Below are positions 11,584 to 21,141 of a stretch of DNA of 64,000 nucleotides, piece after piece; positions within the stretch are counted from its first letter, which is position 1; each line of letters begins with the position of its first letter. Origin of the DNA: Blepharisma stoltei ATCC 30299 (taxonomy: Eukaryota; Protista; Ciliophora); NCBI GenBank assembly GCA_965603825.1, contig CBFDEM010000051.1:310001-374000 (forward strand). Reading direction: 5' to 3'. Below the pieces are notes generated by a model. It saw only the letters and a program-made list of their open reading frames with translations, searched no databases and was not told the DNA's origin. The position numbers and the translations under genes were made by a program.

Positions 11584-12465
11584 TTAACTCATGCTGGCTT
11601 CCACTGTTTTAGCCAAAAACAAGGTCTGTCCAACCTTAAATAATAATCCATCATGAATCTCAAAGAAATCTTCAGCAAAAAGCCAGGTTCCGTTGGTCGA
11701 TCCTTTAACCCCATTTCCATCTTCAAGTATCCACCCAACCTGATCTTGAAACTTCAAAATAAGCTGGTATCTCGACAGACTTGAGTCATTGAACACTACT
11801 TTGCAGTCTTGAATTCGGCCAATTTGAATATCCGAGTCATCCGGGGTAAACGACAAAACTTCATCAGCTTTCGGCCCCTCTAAAAATTTCAAAGAAATAT
11901 CAGAATTAGCAGAATTCAACTGCACAAGCATATGTGATTCCCCAAACGACACAACGTTTCCATTTTTAAGCGAAAAAGGCTTCGTTATTTTTACAAATGT
12001 CCCAGTTCCTTCTCCCAGGTCTTTTAAAAAATACTTTTTTTTCTGGACATCATATCTGACCACCATATGATTGTTTTCTGAAGCTTCGGAGTCGTGAATG
12101 ACTATATCGCTTTTTTCAGAGGAATTCCCAAAATAGACCAGGCCATCCTTAGGTGTTCTTGTGGATCCTTCGTAACCACCTGGATTAATCCTATACTCTG
12201 TGTTCTTTGGGAGAGAGTTTCCTTCAACGATTATAAACTTCATTTTCGGCCCAGTCAGAATTTCGTTTTCAGAGATAAGTGACCCTGAAGACAGCAAACT
12301 TTGCTCTTGCCGCTGCCCTGAATTTTCAAGTGGTAAGGCGATAAAATTTGAAGAAGGCTTTGTTTGATGGGACTCAGGAGGTAAAGGTTCTTGCTGGTTT
12401 TCGTCAGGATACTGGCAGCAGCACTGTCTAGAAAATACAGAGAGGAACAATTTGAAATTCACCAT
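11584..12465 (-). CDS. Double FHA-domain protein
   Basis: YFLKDLGEGTGTF and IGRIQDC...SSLSRYQ...DGNGVKGSTNGTW FHA motifs. Confidence 0.85.
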   Translation of the reverse strand: MVNFKLFLSVFSRQCCCQYPDENQQEPLPPESHQTKPSSNFIALPLENSGQRQEQSLLSSGSLISENEILTGPKMKFIIVEGNSLPKNTEYRINPGGYEGSTRTPKDGLVYFGNSSEKSDIVIHDSEASENNHMVVRYDVQKKKYFLKDLGEGTGTFVKITKPFSLKNGNVVSFGESHMLVQLNSANSDISLKFLEGPKADEVLSFTPDDSDIQIGRIQDCKVVFNDSSLSRYQLILKFQDQVGWILEDGNGVKGSTNGTWLFAEDFFEIHDGLLFKVGQTLFLAKTVEASMS

Positions 12466-12546
12466 TATTGAAATATTTTTTCAATATTTTAACAGTTTTT
12501 AATAAAAAACCGAGAAAAGACATGGACTATTTTTAATACCATTTAA

Positions 12547-14748
12547 TTAAGATAGCATTGTATCTAGCATTCACGGATCAGCTATTTGATGAGCGATGTC
12601 TCCTCCATTTTGAGAGTTTTGTCTAAAAGAAATGGAGTTGGCTTTTCTTCTTTCGCTGCTTTCCCTCGCTTGCTCTTTTTCCCATCTCTTTTTCCTTTCA
12701 TAGTTCATCATAAGCTGGTCCCACACTGTTTTATTTACAACCCCATTTACCAGCATCCCTGCTTCTTCTTGGAACCTCTTCACCAGTGCTTCTGTCTTCT
12801 TGCCAAAAATCCCGTCTGCCTTATGTCTAGTCCCTAGTGAGCTGTTTAAAGCCATTTGTACAAGTTTTATGTCTTCAGGGTCGTTATCTTGTTTTGCCCT
12901 TGAAATATTATTTTTGAAGGGTGGGATTTGTATAAGCTGCCTTTCATTCATTTCGTTCATCAAGCTTTTCATATGTTCTCTGTGTTGTGAATCTTTGGCT
13001 TGGATTTCGATAGGGGATGTGTTGCCGCTAGAAAATGAAGGACTTGGGATTCCATATGATTTGAAGTCTCTGACGATATTTTCAAAGCTGCTGTTACGAG
13101 AGCCCATTCCAGAACTTATAGGAGTGTAAACTGTCGAGTCCTCGTTGCAGTGATCAATCTTTTCGCGGATAACTTGAGCAATCTTAGGTATAAAGGAAGG
13201 ACGAAGGTTAAAGGTAGAAGCCATTTCTTCTGCTACGCCTTCTGGGGTGTCTGTGTTAAGGTTGAATACGAAATCCAGCCTAATGCGGTTGATTTTTCCA
13301 GTAACTGCGTCTTTGCTTCCGATGTTAATTGATAAGGTCATTTCTGTTTCTTGGGGGTCTTGAGGGAGATTTTCAATTTTTGATAAGTTGATGAAGTCTG
13401 TTGGAGGTATGCTTCTCCTATCATCTCTGCTGCTCGCCCTACTTAAAGCGGCTGGTGTCTCTTTTTCTTTTGTTGGTTCTCTGCTATTAGCTCTGCTTAA
13501 ATTAGCAGGTGGCGGATCTCTTTCTTTTATAGGCTCTTTGCTGCCTGCTCGGCTCAAGGTCGGTGTTTCTTTTATAGGCTCTTTGCTGCCTGCTTTGCTT
13601 AAGGTTGCTGGTGCTTCTTTTAGAGCAGAAGGAGGTTCAGTAGCCCTCTGTTCGACTGCACGTGGAGGAGGGTTTTTAACTTCTTCTTTTTCATTGTTTA
13701 TTATAGGCTTTTGACTAGGCTGAGATGGAGGAGACTCTGCTTTTATTTCTTCGCTTTCTTTATCATGAATAATTGGTGTGTCTATTTCTATACTTTTCTG
13801 AGTAGAAAGTTCTTCAGGTCTAAGCTGTATAGGCTGATGAACTCTATCATCATTTTCATCAATCACAATAAATGGATGTGCTAATAACTCCTCTGCGTAC
13901 GGTCGTTGATCAACAGGAGCTAAGCATAATTCAATGAATTCCTTGACTTCTTTATCCATGATTCTTTCAAGTACCAATGGCTTAATCCCGTTAGTGACTT
14001 TTCTATAAACTTCTACTGGGGTTTTGCATTCAGAATAAGGTATTGAGTGCGTGCACATTTCTAATAAACATAGACCAAATGAATAAATATCCACCGTTGG
14101 CCCATATCTTTCTTCAAACAACTCAGGGGCCATATATTGAGGAGTCCCTAAGACAGTCTTATTATGAGAAGTCCTCATAAATGTCGACAACCCCAAATCT
14201 CCAATTCTGATATCCCCAGTACTAGAGCTCACAAAAATATTATCACATTTTAGATCTCTATGTATGACTGGGTATGGTTTTTGAGTATGCAAATAATGTA
14301 AACCGTTTAAAATGTCTCTGCATCACTGCTTAATAACTCTTAAATGCGGTGACCTGATTTTTTTCAAGTATTGCTTCAAAGAGCCTCCTGTCATGATTTC
14401 AGTAATAAATATGACTTCTTCTCTTTCTTTATTGTGTCATGCCTTAATGAAATGGATGATGTTTGGATGCATCAATTTTTGAATCATCATTATTTCGTCG
14501 CGGACTTTTTCTTTTTCGATTTTGCTCATGCCTCCTGTTTTAACCACGTTTCATGCAACTTCGCAGCCTGTGTCATTATCAATGGCTCGATAAACAGTTT
14601 TGTATGCACCACTGCCAATTTCTTCATTGAACTACTTAAGGGTTACTCTTGAAAATCGGCCTTTAGGAGAGTCCTCTACTATTTTGTAGCCTACTTCTTT
14701 AATCTTATTGACCTCTTCTTCGTTTTCGCCTTCTTCTTGGTCTTTCAT
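12547..14748 (-). CDS. WNK: WNK-family Ser/Thr kinase with CCT-like domain and C-terminal peptidoglycan-binding-like domain
   Basis: SPKGRFSR|FNEEIGSGAYKTVYRAIDNDTGCEVAW(TGA)N places the catalytic Lys in subdomain I (WNK signature). IHRDLKCDNIF, IGDLGL, GTPQYMAPE. Intron 14632-14646; TGAs at 14551, 14437, 14323, 12571; TAA 12547-12549. Confidence 0.92.
13423..13608 (-). repeat. Four degenerate coding tandem repeats (LS[KR]A[GNS]S[KR][ED]) inside the WNK gene
   Basis: tttcttttataggctctttgctgcctgct recurs at 13521 and 13566 (45-nt period), with two more diverged copies. Confidence 0.8.
14632..14646 (-). other. 15-nt intron gtaacccttaagtag
   Basis: Removal joins GRFSR to FNEEIGSG, as in WNK kinases. 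Confidence 0.88.
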
Positions 14749-14986
14749 CTTTAAGATTATTATTAACTTTAATAAATTTAATGAATTATTTTATTTATCA
14801 TTTTCAACTCTTCTAAACTTCTAGAATATTTAGAAAATAGAGAAATTAATTAGGCATTTTGCTTATTTAGCATTTTATTAAAAACTGATTAGAAATAACA
14901 GCAAATTAATCAAGTAAAAAAAAACTTATTTTAAAATAATTTACAAAAATAAAAAGCAAAAAATTTTAAAATCTTACAGATATCAA

Positions 14987-16183
14987 TTAGCATTTCTTTT
15001 TTTTTCTTAGTGAATTTGCAATTCCTTCAAGAGCTCTCTTGGTTGTCCTTTTTGATTTTTCTCCACCTTGAAGAATTGCAGCTCCAAACTTTGGAGTGGA
15101 GTTTGGTATTTGAGGAATAGGAAGTGGACCTTCTTTGCCTTGCAGTGCTTTTGAAGTTAAGTATTGGTGCAGTCCTCCATCAATCATATAAGGAGTGTAT
15201 AGGCTACTTAAAAATTTTGACTTGACGAATCCAACTAAGCTTGACTGATGCTCAATAATATTTATATTTGGAAAAATTATTGGGGAAACTTGCTCTTGTG
15301 TTATTACTTTTTTTACCAAAAATGAAGAGGGTGTATCATGTCCAGGGAACAATGCATAATAGCAAGGTAAAAATGACATACATTGTGTATCAATATCAAA
15401 AATCGAGCTGCAAATAAAAGCTAAATCTTCGTTTCTTAAATATTCACACAACCCTGCTAGCTCTCCAGAAACAGAAGAGATAATTCATGAAGATCCGTAT
15501 ATGTACGCCAAGCTTATTGTTTCAGCATAAACAATATTTTCCGCGAAAAATTCGATATTTTGCACTTCAATAGCTTTATTCGTTAAAATATGCTGAGGTG
15601 ATAACTGAATTGGGATTTCATAATTTTCTTGATCTCCTTCTTGTGATAGAACAAAATTTCCTCGGTAAATTGTTAGAGCAAAAGTATTGAGAATATTTCT
15701 GAATAAATTCTTAATTTCAATTGGAGAATTCATAATACAATTGAAACCATCCACTTTATCTTCACCAATTTTAAAGAGCTTTACTCTAGACTCAAGCTGG
15801 TAATTGAGCCATTTCTCTAGGGAGTTGCAAATACAAAATATTAAACAATCCTGCTCAGCCATCATTAAGTGTTTTATGCACACTCTGACAGCACTCAGAG
15901 TTGAAATGTCATCAATCATAGGCTCTTCTCATAGTTTGTAGTCATTGATAAGAGGAATGTAAACTGAGGGGAGTGGCGGGCGATCTTTTGCAACAAAGAT
16001 ACACTATGTTATGATTACTTTATAGCAATCAGAATGAATCGCATAAACAGATATGCTGGTTAAACCTTTAAGGTGCATATAGTTGAGCAGCTCAATTAAA
16101 TTGAGCTTTCTGAGTAGATTTTACAAATGGGTAATAAGATTGGAGTCTCTATAAAAGATATCAAAAACGATATAAATGTACAT
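14987..16183 (-). CDS. Uncharacterised protein, possibly M1AP (meiosis 1 arrest protein)-like
   Basis: Continuous frame from ATG 16183 using introns 16110-16124 and 16004-16018 and two TGA=Trp codons. C-terminal LCEYLRNEDLAFI...YYALFP...SFLVKKVITQEQVSP resembles the M1AP C-terminal pattern (by eye only). Confidence 0.6.
16004..16018 (-). other. 15-nt intron gtaatcataacatag
   Basis: GT..AG with A10; removes an in-frame TAG. Confidence 0.7.
16110..16124 (-). other. 15-nt intron gtaaaatctactcag
   Basis: GT..AG with A10; removes an in-frame TAA. Confidence 0.7.
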
Positions 16184-16484
16184 TTTTTATTATAATAATA
16201 TAGATGCTCGAAGAAATATTTGCTCTCTGATTTCCAGACTTAACTTAAGCTTAAGCTATTTTTTCTTTGCTTTGTCTTGCTTTTCACTCTATAATACGAA
16301 TTCATAACTATTCAGATTGCGTGTCTTGAAGCTTATTTTTTAATGTTGCAAATTGCAATTAAACAAAAATATAAGTAGTATTAAATTTAGTTTATGAGCA
16401 TCATTTTATAAAATAACTACATTTAATTCAAGTTAAAATTTATCGATAAAGAAAAACTTAATTACAAAGCATTAGTATATGCAT

Positions 16485-17285
16485 CTAAAATTTAAAGTTT
16501 ATACTTGGGGACTCCTCCACAAGATCTTCAATCATGTCCCCAGAAATATCATTCCCTTCCAAACTTAACGTCTTAATATGTTGCAGCTTCTGAATGCTAT
16601 CTAAAAAGCACTTTCCTCCTGCATCTCCAATAGCATTCTGTGACAAAAATATTGTCTGCAAATTTGGCATAGTTACAAATGCAGCTATCAAGAATTTGAT
16701 CCCATCTGGCCCAATCTCATTTTCAGTAAGACTGATTGTATTGAGCTTCAGCAGTTTTGGAAGATCTTTTCCTAAAATTTCTGCCCCTCGAGGTCCGAGT
16801 CCGTTGATGTGAAGTTCTAACGTTTGCAAAGATTCAAGCTTGGCAAAAGCTGTGCATAGGTATTGAATTCCTTCAGGGCCTAGGTTGTTATCGGCTAAAG
16901 ATAAATACCTCAGTTTACTTAAAGTTTGAATTGGCTTTGCAAGATCTTTAATTCCTTCAACCCCCAATCTCGCCTTCCACAAATTAAGGCTGTTAAGGTT
17001 TACAAAAGAAGGCAAAATATTAGCTAAATGCGAATGATTGGCACACAGGTCAATAAATTTTAAATCAATAGTAAAAATTTGTTGATCTTCGTGTGCGAAA
17101 ACTGCCTCATATAAAGTTTTAATTTTTCGGTTCATTCCTTGCTGGGCTATAAAGTAGGATTGAAGGTCTGATAATTCGGTATTGTTAGCAGATATAAATG
17201 TTATTCTTTCATGAGAGTCTGGCACTTTTGGGCTTGGCTTTACACTTTGTGAGCGTCCTTTACTAGCTCCGCAAACACTTCCCAT
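16485..17285 (-). CDS. Leucine-rich repeat protein (RNI-like) with N-myristoylation/palmitoylation-type motif
   Basis: About 28-aa LRRs (LxxLxLxxNxLGxxG). Probable start MGSVCG at 17285. Ends TAG. Confidence 0.85.
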   Translation of the reverse strand: MGSVCGASKGRSQSVKPSPKVPDSHERITFISANNTELSDLQSYFIAQQGMNRKIKTLYEAVFAHEDQQIFTIDLKFIDLCANHSHLANILPSFVNLNSLNLWKARLGVEGIKDLAKPIQTLSKLRYLSLADNNLGPEGIQYLCTAFAKLESLQTLELHINGLGPRGAEILGKDLPKLLKLNTISLTENEIGPDGIKFLIAAFVTMPNLQTIFLSQNAIGDAGGKCFLDSIQKLQHIKTLSLEGNDISGDMIEDLVEESPSINFKF

Positions 17286-18033
17286 TGTTTTATTATGTAA
17301 GCAATTAAAATAAATAGGATTAATGGATACTGAATAAAAAACTTTTAAAAAGTGCATGTTTTTATTTTGATGGATATGTTCCATTTTAAACGCTGTTATT
17401 ACTGATAATCTCTATTGCTGCATTAGGACTTAGGATTAAAGTTGCTTATTTTAGTCATTGAATAGCAATGAGGATTTCATGAGTCTTAATGAGGACCCCA
17501 AGCCCATTGGCTGTATGGAAGAGTATTGCTATATGAAATGTTGTAGATCAGGAAACTGCTACAAAATCCATCCCCACGGAAGCATTTCAAAGTTGATTTT
17601 ATACAAAGCTAAATTCTTATTGATTTTTTTATCATTGCTGTAGCAAGTATAATTCTTTTATCTATTCAGAAATTGCTCATATTTGCACACAGTAATTGCA
17701 TTGAATTATTGGTCTTTTGATAATAATCAACTGAATTGCAAAATTTTGTATTAAAAATTCATTAATTAATAGATTTCTATTACCCGTCTAGCATTAATAA
17801 GATATCATTACAGTTTAAGATATAAAAGGAGCGTCTTATATTTGAAATATAATTCCTTTAGTTTTTAATTAATATGCAAATAAATTAAAGCTTTTTATCC
17901 AATTGCATTTTATTTGTAATGAATTCCCAATTGATTATATTAAATTAGCAAATTTATAAAAATGAATTATTTTAATTTGAGGTTACGGCAGCTGAAATTG
18001 GTTGAGAAATTATTTGCGTCATCCTATTAAATA

Positions 18034-18654
18034 ATGGCAGACGAAAAACTTTGCAAGCACAAAGAATCATGTGTGAAAAATGCATGCAAAGGTTTGGTTG
18101 TCTCATTTCTTCAAAGCTTGGCCGCTAAATCAGCTTTTCACATCGTTTTCCAGTTTCTATTGAAGCGTGGATATAAAAACCCAGTCCAATGCTTATTAAA
18201 GCTCATATCACTCGACACACTTAAGTTTGTTGGCTTCGCATCGCTGATGAACTTCTTATATAAAGCAACCTTATGTGCCATGAGAAATTACCGCAAAAAA
18301 GAAGATGGACTTAACCATATTGTTGCTGGAGCTGTAGGTGGGTTATCAATTGCTTTTGAAGACCAAGAAAGAAGAGAAACATGGGCACTCTACTTTTTCG
18401 CAAGGTTCATTGATGTTTCGCTAAGAAAAGGAGCTAAGAAGTATCTTCCAAATACCAATGTCAACAACATTGAAATGTATCTCTTCATGATAATGATTGT
18501 CTTTAATGTTTATTGCTATGGAAAAGAAAAAGATATATTGGTCAAATCTTATTACAACTTTTTGAAATCCGTATTTAGCCCTTCAAAAGCAGAGCAATCA
18601 GTCATGAACGCTTGGAGTGCAGAAAGTGCCATAAGAATGCCTCTTAATAAGTAA
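18034..18654 (+). CDS. Tim17/TMEM135/PXMP4-family membrane protein
   Basis: LYKATLCAMRNYRKKEDGLNHIVAGAVGGLSIAFEDQERRETWALYFFAR motif. Confidence 0.75.
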   Translation: MADEKLCKHKESCVKNACKGLVVSFLQSLAAKSAFHIVFQFLLKRGYKNPVQCLLKLISLDTLKFVGFASLMNFLYKATLCAMRNYRKKEDGLNHIVAGAVGGLSIAFEDQERRETWALYFFARFIDVSLRKGAKKYLPNTNVNNIEMYLFMIMIVFNVYCYGKEKDILVKSYYNFLKSVFSPSKAEQSVMNAWSAESAIRMPLNK

Positions 18655-18721
18655 TTTTCATGCTAAAGCATCAATAAATCTCAATTAAATTAATTTAAAG
18701 GAACCAAAATATTGTTTACAT

Positions 18722-19933
18722 TTAAAGAAAAGTCCTAAATCTTGGAGGATCAGTTGAAATTCTATTTACCCAAAAATTAGCACACGCACTATGATAGTTT
18801 GACCCACTGAGCATAACACTTTGTGAAATTGGGAATAAACAAACCGTACAAAATTTATCAGATAATTTTGAAAGCCTTAGTTTCGGAATATCGTAGTTAA
18901 ATAAATTCCCGCACTCACTTCATGATAATGGTATATCTTTACTATAAAATTCCAAAGACTTGAGTGTGCCAACAATTTCTACTGCGAAATGCAGTCTTTC
19001 ATATATCTGATACACCTCGGAAAGACCTTTTAAATAAGTTTTAAGATCCTCGTCTTTGTCTAAAGTTGTGATACTTGGCTTCAATTTGTTTAAAATTATA
19101 ACAGCTCTTTTTAGCTCTTCAGAGATTTTTTGAAGAACAAGCTGAGATTGGCTTAAGAAAGCAGCCGACTGATTTGATAAAATTTTTTTGATTTCACAAT
19201 AAAACTGGGCTTTTAAAAATATTTCTTTGATATTTTCGATATCCAGAGAAGTTTTCACTTCTGGGTACACAAATTTCTCTGCGAACTCTCTTCCTGCTTC
19301 GCTTCCATATGATACTGTTACTTTTTCTTCCAGTTCTTTTAAAGTTAGCTCTTTTTTGTCTTTTATTCAATTTTCAATTTCATCTGGGGATGATAATTCT
19401 TTTTCTAGCTGAATTAAAATATTTCGGTACTGTATCGCTGTGTCATAATCTTCCCTTTCGGCGGCCATGGATTTTATCTCTTTTATGCGCTCAATTTCTT
19501 TGAGAGTTTCTGAGTGTTTTCTGCATTTTAATGCTTCATCTAGCCTTCCTTGTGATAATAAACTAACAGATAGCTTTTTTAATCCTTCTGAGTCATCAAG
19601 CAAAGTCCAGGGATTTAGTTTTTCGACTTCTACTGGCTGAATTGGTAAATGTAGGTCTAAAATACTTTCCCCAGAGATTGGAGCGATATCTAAATTGAAA
19701 TCGCTTGGAAAAATGAATTGTTTTTTCTTTATGGAAGGTGGCTGAGGGAAGTTTTCGTCATTAGATTGAGCTGGAACTGGGGCTGGCGCATCAAGCTGTT
19801 CTGAAAATGGGAATCTTTTTTGTGGCTTAATACCTGGAGAATTTTCACGAAATTCCAATAAATCGACGTCAAATACAGTCGTGCTAGACTTAAATTCTGT
19901 AAATTCGTCTTCCATCTTATCAATGATAGACAT
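18722..19933 (-). CDS. Synergin-gamma-like protein (C-terminal CxxC...YHxxCANFW domain; UVR-like coiled coil)
   Basis: ORFs joined by TGA at 19367 and 18920. C-terminus FCTVCLFP...NYHSACANFWVNRISTDPP; AAEREDYDTAIQYRN; N-terminal DEFTEF adaptor-binding-like motif. Confidence 0.7.
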
Positions 19934-20156
19934 CTTAGAGTTATATGATATTGATCATTTAAGCTGCAAAATATTGCATTATTATGAACTGCAATCTAAA
20001 ATTTACTTTGCATGCAAAAATAATTATGAGTCAGCTGTTTAAATATTTATTATCCTCGCATATCATATTTAAGATAAAGCCGGATTGGGATAGCAAAACG
20101 GCTCCTTTCCTAATCAAAAATTTTAAAATATGTTGCTTAATGTTATTCAAATAATA

Positions 20157-20825
20157 ATGGGCAATAAAACTAGTAAGCTTCAAGAGATACCAAAATTAAA
20201 AAGTGCAGAAATTGAAGAATTTTCTAAGCAAACACTCTTCACCCACGAGCAAATTGAAAAATTGTACACACATTTTTACAAAATTTCTTCTTTAGAAACT
20301 GATGATGGCGTGATTGATTTTTCAGAGTTTTGCTTAAATCTCCATAACCCTCCTGAATCAGTCCTATGTGAAGGGGTTTTTCATCTATTTGATGCCAACA
20401 ATGACGGAACCATAAACTTCAGAGAATTTTTAATTGGAATCAGCACTTTCATGATCCCAAAAGAAGATTTATATATTCGTATCCCGGCAACCAGACTAAA
20501 AGAGCAAATTGAGGTGTCTTACAGAATGTTCAGCGGAATGAGAAATAAAATTTACCTTAAAGACGTTAAGAAAATGATGACTTCGGCGATAACCGACAAT
20601 CATTCAATAAATTTGGACAATGGTATGATTGAAGCTATAGTTGACCGAACTTTTAGCGATTTGGAATGCGAAGAAGACAGCCATGGGATCTATATTGATG
20701 CTAATAGCTATAAGAAAATGATATTAAAGAACCCAGAAATGCTGAAATGGCTTTCAATTGATATTGAAAAGGCTACGAAATCAATTAAGACCTTTATGAG
20801 AAAAAGTAAGGCAAGATGCTTATAA
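20157..20825 (+). CDS. Calcineurin B-like / NCS-family EF-hand protein, myristoylated
   Basis: MGNKTS start; DDGVIDFSEF; VFHLFDANNDGTINFREF. Confidence 0.85.
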   Translation: MGNKTSKLQEIPKLKSAEIEEFSKQTLFTHEQIEKLYTHFYKISSLETDDGVIDFSEFCLNLHNPPESVLCEGVFHLFDANNDGTINFREFLIGISTFMIPKEDLYIRIPATRLKEQIEVSYRMFSGMRNKIYLKDVKKMMTSAITDNHSINLDNGMIEAIVDRTFSDLECEEDSHGIYIDANSYKKMILKNPEMLKWLSIDIEKATKSIKTFMRKSKARCL

Positions 20826-21141
20826 TAATTAAGTCTAAGAAGGTTCTGAAATTATCAGTAACAGCCAGCCTATTAAATTTTTATTTTATAGTGTTATCCT
20901 TAGATTTTTAAAGCTCTTTGTTGTAATAAAAGCTTTTCAAGTCTCTTTAATCAATTTTAATGTATATTATGCGAATTTCACTATAAAAGTTCATGCTATA
21001 TTTAAAAATGAAACCAGATGATTTTCCATATAATAAAGATCATAAACACAATTAAGTCTCCTTTTCCTGATTCAAATTCTTTCATGTATTTTAAGCTTAA
21101 AACATTATAATAAAAACTTAGCGCTATTATAAATCGCGATA

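Noticed and set aside
17458-17643. 61-aa Cys-containing ORF
   Set aside because: Short, with no recognisable family; opposite-strand frames are also interrupted by TAG/TAA.
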